Origin: Eledone cirrhosa
Taxonomy: Eukaryota
NCBI GenBank assembly: GCA_964016885.1
Contig: OZ024742.1
Location: 52,142,001 to 52,206,000, forward strand
DNA: 64,000 bases
Direction: 5' to 3'
Position numbers and translations under genes: made by a program. Position 1 is the stretch's first letter. Each line of letters begins with the position of its first letter. Shown piece by piece: positions 1-14,487 of the stretch. The notes beneath the pieces are model-generated. The model did no database searches. It saw nothing but the letters and a program-made list of their open reading frames with translations, and was not told the origin of the DNA.

Positions 1-22
1 ATTTTCTTATTTTACGTCTTTC

Positions 23-28
<6 letters not shown>

Positions 29-106
<78 letters not shown>
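29..106. repeat. (TG)n microsatellite
   Basis: Perfect TG run. Confidence 0.97.
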
Positions 107-107
<1 letters not shown>

Positions 108-654
108 TGTCTATCTATCTAACTATCGACGGACTGCTTTTAGGATTCGTGCTTTGTTGTTGTTCTTGTTCTTGTCTGATGATAGATACAATGGTTACTA
201 TACATAAACAGATAATTATAGATTGACAGAAAGGCAGATAGATAGCTAGTAAGGAGGTATGTAAATAGATAAATACACAAATAAGAAGGCATGTTTATGT
301 GTGTATGTGGTTCTATTGCTATGTTTTTCATGTGCCTCTGTCATTTATCGCATTTATCGCTGATTTCAAATTGGTTATTGTTCGAGAAATATCGCTGATC
401 AGTGAATGTGTGACAATTCCATCATTAATGCGATGTCTTATCACAGTCGTTACTGATTGTGTACTATCAGATATATCATCTGGAACCAAAATAATAATAT
501 ATTATACAAATTTTGTCATTACTCAGCTGTTGTAAAAAGATCTATCATTAATAATGCATTGTTGAAGCGATTTCACGAATCACGTTGGTAAGGAGGTCTG
601 AAAACAGCCAATTTCCTGATGGGAAACAGAGAATGAGAGAAATACAAATGCATA

Positions 655-800
655 ATCGATCTCAGTTTTGCGTTAGTGCATTATTTATCGACCGCGAAAC
701 GTAAAATAAATATATCACCTCGGCAGGATTTAAACTCAGAGAGCTGTGAGCAGGAACAAATACTGAGGTATTTAATTCGACGCTTATAACGACTTATTCA
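655..800 (-). mobile_element. Degenerate tRNA-derived SINE copy
   Basis: ttatttatcgacc...acctcggcaggatttaaactcaga matches the reverse complement of the SINE core and B box seen in younger copies. Confidence 0.6.
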
Positions 801-1059
801 TTTGCTTTATCATACATTTAGGGATACATCCATATTAGTACACTATCTAGATGGACATTTGATGAATATATTGGTGTGTTTGTTATGTAAACAATAATTA
901 CGAAGTTACCAGACAACCGAACCTCATCAACGACGACAACTACAACACATATATCAGGTAGAAGCATAACTAAAGATAGGTAAGGAACTTTTTTTGTGAT
1001 TGTATTGAATTATGCGTGGTATTCAAAATAATATGTAGAAAATAGGTTTAATAAGATAT

Positions 1060-1510
1060 TACATATTGCCTTTTCTGTCGATAAAATAAAGTACCAGTCA
1101 AGTACTTCGGTCGATTTGATCAACTTTTAAACTCTCCTCAATTTACCAGCTTCGTGACATGTAGGTTGATGATTGGAAGTATCTTTACAACGTTAGACAT
1201 AATGCTGTTGTTTTTCCTTTATTATGCCGGTTCTTTGCATTCATCTTTCCTGTGCCGATAATATAAAGTACCAGTCAAATACTGATGCTTAAATAACCCA
1301 CATTCCCATTCCCAAACCGTGCAGGCCGTGTGCCAAGTTAGATATCATGGTGTTTTTGTTTGGTTGATTGGCAGAATTGGTAGAGCTCCGGATATATGCC
1401 AACCCGTTATTTGTTCTTGCTCTTTACATTTTGAGTTGAAACTCCACCACGGTCAACTTTGTTTTTCATCTTTCTAATACTGGTGTCGATATAATTGACC
1501 TCCCCATTCT
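1060..1510 (+). mobile_element. Cluster of three degenerate SINE fragments
   Basis: Repeated tgcctttt..gtcgataaaataaagtaccagt core, plus a gattggcagaattggtagag head and B-box-like gagttgaaactcc. Confidence 0.65.
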
Positions 1511-2577
1511 GGAAATTGAACTCAGAATCCAATGGTTTGGAAGAGATATAACAAAGCGTCTAGTCCAAGATTCTAAAAATTCTACCAAACCATAGTCTGG
1601 TATCGTATTTATCGACATTGAATCTAGTGTGCAGAAAGACGAAGCAAATACTAGAAGGAAGCCTGTCCAACTTTCTAACATAGCAGCATATTCGCTGTTT
1701 CATATTAAATGAACACTTTATCTAAGTGTATTGAGAGATATGCATATTTCCTATTTTTGGGACGTATAGCTACATGGTTCTAACAAGTTGTTTTGTTTCC
1801 GAGATTCTGTGCATAGTATTGTTGAATTGATACGAGGTGACTACACTCACATATAGACAGTTATATGTGGATTTCTAATATGATTTTGACCTAAGACAAA
1901 CATTGATGAAGCAAGCCCTAAACGTGACTAAGTGCAAAAGCCAAACCAGATACATTTTACGATTTCCACTGGATATTCATTTTCCATAAAATGAATTAAG
2001 TAGGGATAACGGCAGCAAGAGTAAAGACGTATTCAGCTGAGAATATTCTGTTCAAAGAGATTGCTTTTCATCAGACATGCTTTGAAAAAGCAAACGATAC
2101 CATAGTTGACCCTTTCTAATCACAAACATGAAGCCAGGGAGCAGCTTTAATAAAGAGAAGATTTTTCATTTTAATTAGGTTTTATTTGTCCAGGGGAAAT
2201 ATATAATTTTTTAAACTGCAGATTTTGCTATGAATAAACTTCAATAAGAAGGTGTTTTATCCCATGTTACTTGCACAACACCTGTTACATTGAGTAATAC
2301 CATTTATAGAAATCGAAAATATATCGACGAAAAAGAACATTTGAATAATATCTTCAAAAAACAATTGAATAATAGTTTTGTGTAAAAATAATCTCAAGAC
2401 AGACACTGTTATAACAATGCATTTGTATATTTTTTCTTTTCTCTAGTAAAACGTTTGATACCCATTTCCAATCTGATAAGTAGCTAACCTTAAGGCAAAA
2501 TTTCTATTTTCCAAGCAAATTCTATGTTCATTTCTTTCCGTTCGTTATTTTTTGCAGGTATTTTTTTATTAATACAA

Positions 2578-2605
2578 TATATACACAGACACGCGCACAT
2601 ACATA

Positions 2606-2650
<45 letters not shown>

Positions 2651-2751
2651 GGAGAGAGATACATACACAGATACATACAGATATATGCACGTGTACTCGC
2701 ACACACACACACACACACACGCACCCACATATACACACATACACGCACATG

Positions 2752-2813
<62 letters not shown>

Positions 2814-2855
2814 GATATATATAGATATATATATATGTATGTATACCTATATATA
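2578..2855. repeat. Compound (TA)n/(CA)n microsatellite
   Basis: Visible dinucleotide runs. Confidence 0.95.
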
Positions 2856-5689
2856 CTATTTTTAGTTTGATAAAACTTTCTCAAACAGACGTTATATTTT
2901 TAAGTAAGTTTAGAGACGATCTCACTTATTTAGACACTAAAAGTTTATCTTACTTTTATTGGGTCTTTCAAGATGCCATTCTTCTTTCTTTTGCTCTTCA
3001 ATTCAGTTAATATCTTTGTTTGTTTTTGCCTTATGTTTGTTTTCCATTATTGCCATCAAATAAAATAGTATTTATATCTGCTTATCCTTTTGTGTTTAAC
3101 TAATTAGCCTCAAGTTATAGTTCCTTCACAGTATATATAATAAGGTTAGACTTACTAACAACAAACTGGAAGTGTTTGGAATCCTAAAACACTTACATAA
3201 ATATGTTGCTTAGAATGTTAAGTTGTTTTATCGCCGGGTAGGTGTCGATAAAGTAGACCATCGGTCAGACATATGGCCATGCCTATACCTTGAGGATTTT
3301 TGCCTGCTGTAGCCACAACAGACTCTATTCGGAAAGCCAATCCTTTCCAAAATCCAATATATCATAAGAGCTAAAACATATCGCCAGCTTTGTATAGCAT
3401 TACTACAATGAGAAACATATTTACTTTTGTCGATAATAATGCTTTATTGCTGAAAGTATCACTTTCTCTTCACGGAGAATTGATGGAATTGTTAAATCGC
3501 CGAGTAGAATGTTTTTCGATATTCGATACTGTTCTCTTCATTCTGAGTTCCAAACGCGGCGAGACGAAACTTGCCTTTCATCCTTTTGCACTTCCCCTCT
3601 ATTAATTACTCGTTACTTCTATGAAAGAAACCGTCTTTGTTCCGAATTGAAATCGAGATGGGCTACACCTCGTTTACTGTGCTCGACACGATGTTTATCA
3701 CTGCGCCGCCTCTACAACTCCATCAAAGGTTACGGTTTTCATACACATATTACTTTTGTTAAAAACTCAATTAAACCTTAAATGAATGTCGACCCAGGTC
3801 TCACATTAATTACCACGTTAATAGAAACTGTTTTAGGCGGTAACCATTGAGCAATTCTACATAAACCATAATGTTTGATATTCACTCATGTTCTCCAAGC
3901 TCAGTGGATACCAGAGTGATTGGTATTCATTGAAAAGGAATCGAAAGGTAAAGAAGAAAGATTTTGTAGTTATTTACGACTGTTTTCTATCAATTTTATA
4001 ATATTAATTATTAATATAGTCACGCGGTCAGCAATTTTGGTGTAGTGGTTAAATTGATTAATTCAACCCCTGATAGTTATTTTATCGGCCTCTGAAGAGT
4101 GAAAGACATAGTTGAATTTGGCTGGATTTGAAAGCAGTATGTAAAACAAAAAACAGAACAGATACAGCAATCTGTAAAATGTCTTTGCTTTTTTCTTTAT
4201 TTTAATAAGGGTTTTTACATTCTTAACATTCAAATAGAAATTAAGAAACTCGGAAAAGAAAGTGAGCAAAACATTCTGAATTGTGTATAAATTTAGATTA
4301 GGCTAGAATAAAAAATTTCCAATTGTTTTAACCCTCCTAGAATTATAGATTTCTTATTTTCAATAAATGGTGTTTATTTGTAGGGGGTAATGTGGTGGTG
4401 GTGGTCATAGTGCGTTAGTATTATTTTATTTAATAGAGAAATTATGAAAAAACACAAATTAAAATATGACTATCTTATAACATGTTTTTTTTTTTTTAAA
4501 GACATTTTGTTATAGATATAAAAACCTGCTTAAATCATAATATCCCACTTTACAATGCTCCAGTATTGAGTTATTGTTGATATCACAATAATGAGGGTAA
4601 TGGTACATATGTTTTTATCTCCCCATTGCATTATCATAACTGTCATCATCATGGTCATGTAAAAAGTTCTATCATTTCAGAACGTATTTAAAAAAATATT
4701 CAAACCAAATAAAATCTGATTCCAACGTTTCATTTTATTTATCATTTCATTTATGTATTTGTTGCTTTTGTCAGAATATTTCTTTGATTTGAGAAATTTT
4801 ACAGATATAGTCTTGTTTTTATATATTTTCATAGCTCTAGTAATTTGTGTGTGTGTGTGTTTATTTTAAAAATCTGTTAGATAATTCGCATTCTTAAGTT
4901 TGAAGTTTATTAGAAAAGTAAGATGTAAGTAGTGTAACAACAACCATTAAGTCGGTTGAAAAATTCAAATGAGAGACAATTGATTACATGTACTTAGATA
5001 GTTTAGATAGAAATTAGATATGAGATGCGAAATATACGATACAAATAATAGATATTAAATTAACAGAGAATAGATATGCATATTACCAGTAGGAAATTCA
5101 TCTAAACATATTACTTTTGGCAATTTCAAAGACGGAAAAATGAGTAATGTGCCTCTGGATATGAATAATGCATAGAAATAACCAAACTATATGCTAATAT
5201 AAAATGCAGTGTGAAACTAAGTATACAATAACATAAAATATATTGCATAAGTTTGAATATAAGAAATGCATTAACATTTCAATATCATCGGAGAAAATTT
5301 CAATGGATCAAAACTACACATGGGTATTGTTTGTGCTCTTAAGCAGAACATTTCACACCATGATGTTCTGGTTATTATCTAGAGAGAATATAGTAATTAT
5401 TAGCAGAATATTTTGATACTTTAAATGGTCTGGAATATTATATTTCTCTGCGGCACGGTAAAACGAGTGTTACAGAAATTGAGTCCTAGCAAGTCATGAC
5501 AGTATGATTGCTAATATAAAACATGCCTAGTGCAAGCAAGAGATCCACTGTTAGAGCTCGTGATTTTGTGTCCCAGCATGATCATGAAGAAGTCTCAATA
5601 TCTTCCAATGAAGATGATGTTCTAAATCCTACTGGACGAGCATCTTCCGATGTCAGACCAAGAGGGGAAAAGGTTCGATCAAAAAGATT

Positions 5690-6930
5690 ATACACCGTTA
5701 GCTCTCTAAACTGTCGTTCGCTAGTATCCTACTTTTCCTTTGATGAGCTCAACAATCATATCTACTCCTACAAAATCGCAATTGCATGTGTTCAAGAATA
5801 CTAATTTATCTACAAAGATAACTTATTTGTGTCTATCTGTAATGAAGTGTGCGGAAATCCTAAAAGGAAGCCCACTTTCATGTCACAACCATTCTGGAAG
5901 GTAAAATAATGGCTACATTTTCAGTTGTACAGTATCACCAGAATATCCAGTGCAATACTTACGACCATCTGGAGGATGAAATAATTCAACCAAACCATGG
6001 TTGATTTTGAAAATAGTAACAACGACTCCCGCAGAGAAGCTTGGAAACTGATAAAAGAGCTTTCTTAGAAGGAGAAAAGGATGAATGTGGTATATATCCA
6101 AACGAAAGAGGAACTTGGGACTTATCAGCTGACAAAATTTGTCGTATTAATTGATACATCATTTTAAATCCGTCCAGAGATAATCATAACTGACTTCTTT
6201 ATAGAAAAGGACAATGCACTAAAGGTGATGAAACCAGGCAAAGCTCCTGGGTTTGATGACCTAATTATAAACCTATGAAACCTAACCAAAGCTCACCAGT
6301 TTCTAAGACAATTCTGCATTGAAATATTTGGAGGTCACATGGTTAAGGAATGTGGAATATCAGAAAGAATGCTATTATCCAAGAAAGGAAATCTCACCAT
6401 CTGCATTAATTACTGAGACATCCGTCTCACGCAACTTGTAGCAAATACGTACAATAGGATGATCCAGAATAAAATCAGACCATGCATTGACAACATTCTA
6501 GGCTTCAGCCGAAATCGATTTCTCCCATTTGCTCTACTCCCTCTCACAATTTTGCTCTAAGAAGGATTGTTGATGAAGAACGGTATCACAAGAAGGAGGC
6601 AGCAATTGTATTCATATACTTCAAGAAAGCTTTTGTTTCGATCGACCGAAAGAAGATGCTCAATTTTCTTCTTACGTATGGGTTACCTCATGAGATAGTA
6701 AATGCAATGAAAATCATGTACTTCAGGATTTGTAATGCAACCTGAAGAAAGCTCGAACCTATTTTTCATCGATATCGGAGTCCTCCATGGGGTGCCTTTT
6801 CTGTTTCTTATATGCCTTGAATATGTACTGTGTAATGTCTAACGTGTACCTATGAAATGTGGGCAAAATACCTGACATCTGGTGGAACTGACTTATGTAA
6901 ATAACATAACTATCTTGAATGTTGACAAAG
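5690..6930 (+). pseudogene. Degenerate RTE-like LINE (APE endonuclease start and RT fragments)
   Basis: SSLNCRSL...IAIACVQE resembles APE motifs I/II. Downstream fragments MKPGKAPGFDDL, KKGNLTICINY*DIRLT..YNRM, AIVFIYFKKAFVSIDR and IGVLHG resemble RT motifs, with stops and frameshifts. Confidence 0.7.
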
Positions 6931-6999
6931 CATATAATTTATACATTTCAATGCAACATCAAATGGTCAAATACACCGTCGTGGGGGCAAGGTCCTCAA

Positions 7000-7360
7000 A
7001 CTCTCATTCTAGCGGATCCTGTCAGAAGTAACCGTTTCCAACTGATCCAGCTGCATCACTAAGCGTGGCCAGCCAAGCTTATCGATGTTATCCCAACAAT
7101 TTGCTTAGGGTCTACCCCTGGATCTCTTCCAAGTTGGTTTTGCCCGTAAAATCTGTCCATCGATTATCCCCTGAGACATTCTTACCTCATGCCTATAGTA
7201 TCGGAGCTGTGATCTATCAATTCGGAGAAGTAGCAGCTCTAGTTGGAGTGACTCTATGATTTCGGAGTTACGCACTTTATCGAGTAACGTTACTCCAAAG
7301 ACGCTTCGGAGGAATCCCATTTGCGCAGCTTGTATTCGAGATCGTATTCTTTCGGTCACA
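7000..7360 (-). mobile_element. RTE-clade LINE 3' fragment
   Basis: RIQAAQMGFLRSVFGVTLLDKVRNSEI...QLRYYRHEVRM...KRSRGRP is a typical RTE C-terminus. Confidence 0.8.
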
Positions 7361-7756
7361 TTGAAAAATATATATGTGTAAAAATATTCTGAAATCCATA
7401 CATATAATTTTCTTCTGAACTTACATGAGACTCGTGGCTAAAGAAAAATATTCTACATATTTTCAAATACTTCTACCATAGATAACTGTACGTACTGCCC
7501 TGAATATTTATTGAAAAACTTTTTTCTAACCCCTGCTGTAACCAATTCATAGTTTTAACATATTTTAACATGTTTTTTTCTGGAGAAAACAGTGATAAAT
7601 TTATTATTTTGCATATCTGAAAACTTGTGCAAGCTTATGCTTTTTGCACTTGAAATTTTAATTGCCTGCCTAAATGCACCTTGCTTTGAATTCTTTATTT
7701 TTCTTGATAACTTGTCTTGTGATATTAATTAATGTAATGTTATTTTATTATATATA

Positions 7757-7860
7757 TGCCGAGGTTAACTTTGCCTTTCATCCTTACGGGGTCGATAAAA
7801 TAAAGTACCAGTAATACACTGGGATAATTTCTGGCCTTGTGCCAAAACTAGAAACAATTA
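7757..7860 (+). mobile_element. 5'-truncated SINE
   Basis: gccgaggttaactttgcctttcatccttacggggtcgataaaataaagtaccag...gtgccaaaactagaaacaatt. Confidence 0.9.
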
Positions 7861-8175
7861 TATATATATATATTTCCTGAATAGATACAGTCTGAATAAA
7901 ATACACATAATGGAGTAAATAATTAACTGTTACTATCCAGTTATCTCCACAAATAATTGCGATATTCTATCCGCGTTGAAACGCCCGAAGAGATGTAGGG
8001 ATAAATAATAATATGCTATCCTAGGCTTTCTTGAAATTCCAATTGTAAATGCTCTGTCACCGGAACTGTCGTTTATTTATCTAGTTTTCTTTCCACGTCT
8101 GAAGAATAGAGGGCTCTAAAGTACATCTAGCTTATCTCATCTAACCATGAAAATAGCGAAGTATTAGAAAATATC

Positions 8176-8226
<51 letters not shown>

Positions 8227-8389
8227 CTGCCTATCAATGGTAGGGTCTAAACAGTAAGAAGAACTCAATGTAATATGTATGTGGAAGATGTCGTGAAGGA
8301 AAGTTAAAAATACAAAATGTTCAACGATATAATTCATTGGATACAGAGTCAAAACTAGAAATAATAAAACAATGAAATTAAACAAAAAA

Positions 8390-8530
8390 CTCATTATTTT
8401 ACGATCGTTTCTGGGGGGTAGCTCCCCGTATGTCCATTCAATTATTGATATATGTAAAATATATTACAAAATATGATAGTAAGAAAAAATACATGCGTCT
8501 TCACTACCCGCCGTCTTCAGAAGTAATGAG
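8390..8530 (-). ncRNA. Hammerhead ribozyme motif (type I, long stem II insert) in PLE terminal repeat
   Basis: Minus strand reads ctcattactt-CTGAAGA-cggcgggtag...ctaccccccag-AAA(GAAA)-cgatcg-TA-aaataatgag. Stem I pairs and stem III is palindromic. Confidence 0.8.
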
Positions 8531-8852
8531 TTTTGTTTATTGAAGAATACAAAAAAACATACATATGAATAAGTAACGTTTTATAACCAGGTTGAGGTTT
8601 ACCAATACTAAGAATAGGAAGGGGGAGTATAGATCTTTGAGTTGGTAGTAGTAGATGAATAAATAAGCCGTCAGCGGATGAGGTATCAAATGACTTATCA
8701 AAAAAGAAATGAAAGATGCTAATGTAAATGAATTTAGACATATTGTATATAAAAGTGTTGATGGTCAAAGAAGTTTACAGTTGGAGGAAAAGGCGAACTG
8801 AGATTAGTGTGTTACATCTAGTAGAATGGTATAGAATAATCTTAAATATATC

Positions 8853-9044
8853 ATTGTTTCTACTTTAGGCACAAGGGCCGCAATTAACCAGCCAGTACAT
8901 TACTGGTACTTTTATTTTATCGACCCCGTAAGGATGAAAGGCAAAGTTAACCTCGGCGGGATTTGAACTCAGACTGTAGAGGGACGTAACTATGCTAGAA
9001 AGCATGGCGTTCAACCCTCTACCGATACTGCCAATTCACCGCCT
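8853..9044 (-). mobile_element. Full-length tRNA-derived SINE
   Basis: A box TGGCAGTATCGG, B box GTTCAAATCC, core tgcctttcatccttacggggtcgataaa..gtaccag (resembles the Deu/Nin SINE domain) and 3' gtagaaacaat. Confidence 0.9.
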
Positions 9045-9402
9045 AAGTATATAATATAATATAATAAGTAGAGGAATATAAATGAAACCAAATGGGAGTA
9101 AAATTTAAATATAATATAGATAAAATATTATATATGTAAGAAAATACTAAAGTTTGTGTAAGTATTGTATTGTGTTAGAGTGGTTAGAATGAAGTTTTCC
9201 CTGTAGGGAATTATATTTTCGAATAAGAATCTACATTAATAATCTGTTTTTTTTTTTAAAGGAGGTTTAAATCGAGATCAGTTAAACATTTTGTTAGATT
9301 ATTAAAAATAATGTAATATATAGTGCTAAATTATAGTTAATTACTTAAAACAGTTATAGGGATGAGATATAGGATTTAATCCATGGATTAATTCTAATAG
9401 CA

Positions 9403-9483
<81 letters not shown>

Positions 9484-9689
9484 CACGCATATATATACAC
9501 GTATATATATATATATATACACATACGTATATACACATACTATATACACACACATATATACATGTACACACATACACATGTATATATATAGGCATACACT
9601 TATGCATACACATACATATACACACACACACATACATATTCACACACACATATACTCACTCACTTTTTTCTCATATTTTGTATATTTGT

Positions 9690-10055
9690 TTAGTTGTATT
9701 TATAATATTTGAATGTCCTTCTAATTTTATGGTTACATACTATAATTAATTCTGGTCTTTTATTTAATAGAGTGTCCTTCGATTTAGTAATTTCAAACAT
9801 TTCTTGGGAACACAGTCCACACTCACTTCTATTGCCCTGATAAGAAGTAGCTCTCTTAAGAATTTTCCAAGTTAGGCTATATTTAATATTCCTCTTTTTA
9901 CAATTATTAACTGCTTCTGCTAAAGAAGCTGTATTAGCTAATGTTGTGTTTCGGAAACTGTGGGTGTTTGCATAAAATCTCGATTTAAACGGATTAGAAT
10001 TGGATCCAATATAGGATTGATTAGAGTCCATAGCGGTGATTACACATTTATACAC
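9690..10055 (-). pseudogene. GIY-YIG endonuclease of PLE
   Basis: YKCVITAMDSNQSYIGSNSNPFKSRFYAN...WKILKRATSYQGNRSECGLCSQE. Confidence 0.88.
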
Positions 10056-11141
10056 TATATTATTAATTAAGCAATTTCCATTTAAGGGGCAATTATCTTT
10101 TATTCTACAATTACAATCGTTTGCATAGAGGGTTTCAGATGTGCTATCCGTATTCTCAATAATAGTGCTAGTATTTGTGTTTTCCTTTTTATTTGGAAAG
10201 AAGGGTTTACGGTTGGGTGGTTGCGGCCCGAATTGTTGTTAGTTGGTTAAATTATACTAGATATAGCGTTTATAGGATCATGGTTATTTTGGAAGCTATT
10301 GGTTCGATTGGGTATGTAATTCTTAGTCCCTATTAAGGATGAGGAAGATGGTAGTTGGTTGTAGACTGCTGTATTGTGCCGGTGAGTTGAGTGGGTGGAT
10401 GTAGCAGGCAGGTATGCTGTAATATTCTGGTTACGCGTTGTAGTATTACCATAGATATCTTGTGTGTGGTGTGCCATTGTGTGTGGTATAGATGAAGCTG
10501 TTTTACATTTATAGATGTTATATGTACTTATTTTTTGTTGTATATTGCACGATGTGGAGTAAGAACATTTTACTGTATTTCTTTTTAATATTTAATGGTA
10601 TTTGTGGTTAGGTGGGAAATGCTTATCGAGAATTGTAAAAATATGTTTAGGGATTTGGCCAATAGTTTGCAAGTTGAATGAAGCGTTACCATGTTACATT
10701 TCTTTTATGGTTTCTAAAAGGTTTCCTATTATTATATTAGGTATGTATAGAAGTTTGAGGGTAGATATTGTTATCAGATGAAATTATAATATTGTGTTTT
10801 GTTATGGGTGTGAACTAATTGTTTAGTAGATTTTTGAATTGTATTAGTTTTTGATTTATTGCTTTTTGTTTGATTTGTAGAGGATATTGTGAGTTTTATT
10901 AATGGAGCATTATTGATAGAACCTGGAATTTCGGTATCATTCTTGTTATCTACGGTAGTTCGGATATGTTTCCCTTGTTTTTTGGATTGCAAGGATGTAG
11001 TCTGGTTATGTTGGAGGTTCAATGAAAGAGGTAATATATCATTAGGTTTATTGTGAGAATTAAGATATAAGGTGTTATTATTAACTGCTTTTTTAAGAGT
11101 AGTGGAGTTACGTGTTTTCGTATGGTTTGTAGTAATATTAT

Positions 11142-11325
11142 TTGGCAGTATCGGTAGAGGGTCGGGTGCCATGCTTTGCAGCACAGTTACGTCCCTTTAC
11201 GGACTGAGTTCAAATCCCGCCGAGGTTAACTTTGCCTTTCATCCTTATGGGGTCGATAAAATAAAGTACCAGTAATACACTGGGATAATTGCTGGCCTTG
11301 TGCCAAAAGTAGAAACAATTATTAG
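11142..11325 (+). mobile_element. SINE inserted in PLE coding region
   Basis: Same A/B boxes and core as the other copies. Confidence 0.9.
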
Positions 11326-12631
11326 GTAAGTTATAGAAATATCCGGAATCGTTAGGATTGATGATTTTTAGAGAATTTGTGTCATTCGTGTTAATGTGGA
11401 TATTGGGAGTAATGGTAGGATCTAGGTTTTTCGGTGTTTATTGCTAGCACTAACTTGTTGGTGTTTTCAATGGTGTTTGTTGTTTATGCTTGGCTGTATG
11501 CTAGGGGTATTTATAGTGTTAGGTATGTAAAATATTTTATCTTTGTAGCCACTTCTATTTAAAGCCACATTATAATAAGGTGCATTTTTATAGAATATTT
11601 CTTCATTAGATGATAATTTAGATAATCTGAGTGAGATATTGTACACTAGATTTTTTAGTATGGAACTAGGGTGGTTAGATAGTGAGTGTATATAATGGAT
11701 GTTTTGGTTTGGTTGGTGGTAGGGTTGGTAAGAGCCTGTTGATAGGTCTAAAGTGATGTCTAGGAAATTGACCTTTTAGTGCTATTTTCAAAAGTAACTA
11801 AGATTATAGTAATTTTTGAGGAATTTCCTAATATGCTTTTTATTTCTCTCAATTGCTGAGAGACTAAGATTGTTAGCTAGAAGAAGACAGTCATCACGAT
11901 ATAGACCACCTTTGAGGTGGGAAAAAGAGGAATTTAAATTATATAGGAGGAAGCGGCCCACAAGGTCCCTAACCTGGGCGAATCTATCGAGCCCATAGTA
12001 ATATCATATAACTCACTATTTGTATTTCTAGTCCAATACTCGTCTTGGAAGTCCAGTAGAGTTTCTCTGGCGTGTGTGATGATCATAATTTCATTCATAG
12101 TTAAGTCCGATTTATTTTTTGCGAAAATTAATGCTTTGTTCAGTAGTAATAATTGTAAAAAGAGGAATATTAAATATAACCTAACTTGGAAGATTCTTAA
12201 GAGAGCTACTTCTTATCAGGACAATAGAAGGGAGTGTGGACTGTGTTCCCAAGAAATTTTTGAAATGAATAAATCGAAGGATACTCTATTAAATAAAAGA
12301 CAATAATTAATTATAGTATGTAACCATAAAATTAGAAGGATATTCAAATATTATAAATACAACTAAACAACTATAGAAAATGATATAGGAGAAAAAATGT
12401 GTAAGTATATGTGTGTGTGTGAATATATATATATATGTGTGTGTGTGTGTATATGTATATGCATGCATAAGTGTATGCCTATATATATACATGTGTGTGT
12501 GTACATGTATATATGTGTGTGTATATAGTATGCGTATGTGTGTGTGCATGTATATATATATGTGTATGTCTCTGTGTGTGTATATACGTATGTGTATATA
12601 TATATGTGTATATATATGCGTGTGTATATCT

Positions 12632-12705
<74 letters not shown>

Positions 12706-13054
12706 CGCTATTAGAATTAATCCATGGATTAAATCCTATATCTCATCTCTATAACTGTTTTAAATAATTAACTATAATTTAGCACTATATATTACTTTAT
12801 TTTCAATAATCTAACAAAATTTTTAGCTGATATCCATTTAAACCTCCTTTTTTTTAACAAAAAAAAACAACAGATTATTAATGTAGATTTTTATTCGAAA
12901 ATATAATTCCCTACAGGGAAAACCTCATTCTAACCACTCTAACACAATACAATACTTACACAAACTTTAGTATGTCCTTACCTATATAATATTTTATCTA
13001 TATTATATCTAAATTTTACTCCCATTTGGTTTCATTTATATTCCTCTACTTATT

Positions 13055-13395
13055 TTGACGCATAGAGTTACAGCCCTTATCATTCTGAGTTCAAATCTCG
13101 CCGAGGTTAATTTTGCCTTTCATCCTTACGGGGTCGAGAAAATAAAGTACCAGTAATGTACTGGGTGATTGCTGGCCTTGTGCCATAAGTAGAAACAATT
13201 ATATATTTTTAGAAGGGCGGTATCGGTAGAGGGTCCGGCGCCATGCTTTGAAGCATAGAGTTACCTCCCGTTATTTTCTGAGTTCAAATCCCGCTGAGGT
13301 TAACTTTTCCTTTCATCCTTACGGGGTCGATAAAATAAAGTACCAGTAATGAACTGAGATAATTACTGGCCTGGTGCCAAAAGTAGAAACAATTA
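13055..13395 (+). mobile_element. Two tandem SINE copies
   Basis: Two successive cores, each ending in gtagaaacaatt. Confidence 0.9.
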
Positions 13396-13744
13396 TATAT
13401 TATTAGAACAAATTATTCCTCACAACATTGAAATAACAAACATTTTAAGATTATTCTATACCATTCTACTAGATGTAACACACTAATCTCAGTTCCCTTT
13501 TTCCTCCAACCGTAATCTTCTTTGACCATCAACACAATATGTCTAAATTCATTTACACTAGCATCTTTCATTTCTTTTTTGAAAAGTCATTTGATACCTC
13601 ATCCGCTGACGGCTTATTTATTCATCTACTACTACCAACTCTATACTCCCCCTTCCTATTCTTAGTATGGTCAACCTCAACCTGGTTATAAAACGTTACT
13701 TATTCATATGTATGTTTTTTTGTATTCTTCAATAAACAAAACTC

Positions 13745-13832
13745 GCCTTTCATCCTTGCGGGGTCGATAAAATAAAGTACCACTTATACACTGGGATAAT
13801 TGCTGGCCGTGTGCCAAAAGTAGAAACAATTA
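13745..13832 (+). mobile_element. 5'-truncated SINE abutting HHR core
   Basis: Core and 3' end present; absent from the inverted partner arm at ~8530. Confidence 0.88.
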
Positions 13833-13962
13833 TTTCTGAAGACTGCTGGTAGTGAAGACGTATGTAATTTTTCTTACTATCATATTTTCTAATATATTTT
13901 CCATAAATCAATAATTGAATGGACATACGGGGAGCTACCCCCAGAAACGATCGTAAAATAAT
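13829..13962 (+). ncRNA. Hammerhead ribozyme motif (inverted-arm copy)
   Basis: attattt-CTGAAGA-ctgctggtag...ctacccccaG-AAA-cgatcg-TA-aaataat. Confidence 0.78.
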
Positions 13963-14150
13963 GAGTTTTATTATGAATTAACCGTTTTTTGTTTAATTTC
14001 ATTGTTTTAATATTTCTAATATTTCTATATATATATATATTCAAAATTAAATTAAATTAATTTAAGGGTGTCATGTCAGAATTTAAGGGCACCATATCCA
14101 CTGTAGAATATCCTCCAATATTCCAATGAATAGATCCGAGCATTTTATAT

Positions 14151-14473
14151 CAACTAGAAATTGATTGACATATATATATATATCTAAAATAAACATATGA
14201 AACAATCACAGGGAATAATTTGTAAAAGTGTGTAAGCTCACATAGCTATGTAGGTAACTAATTAAAGTTTAACTAGAACTTTAAAAATAGATACCTTATA
14301 AATGGATTAATCTTCCTTCCATTTATAAGGTATCTATTTTTAAAGTTCTAGTTAAACTTTAATTAGTTACCTACATAGGTGTGTGTGCTTACACACTTTT
14401 ACAAATTATTCCCTGTGATTGTTTCATATGTTTATTTTAGATATATATATATATGTCAATCAATTTCTAGTTG
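14151..14473. repeat. Near-perfect palindrome, ~155-bp arms with 11-nt loop
   Basis: caactagaaattgattgac...ataaatgga [ttaatcttcct] tccatttat...gtcaatcaatttctagttg. Confidence 0.95.
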
Positions 14474-14487
14474 GTATATATATATAT

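Larger units (their letters stand above)
8222..14030 (-). mobile_element. 5'-truncated Penelope-like element with long inverted arms (~8345-9905 vs ~12148-14026)
   Basis: Minus strand encodes RT GLYRDDCL (~11900), thumb HYIHSLSNHP..NISLRLSKLSSNEEIF, and GIY-YIG (9690-10055, YIGSNSNPFKSRF). 12148-14026 is the reverse complement of 8345-9905. Both ends abut (TA)n. Confidence 0.9.

Noticed and set aside
7975-8160. HHR-like pieces (CCGAAGA..., CTGAAGA...GAAA)
   Set aside because: Could not assemble consistent stems I-III; at best a decayed motif.
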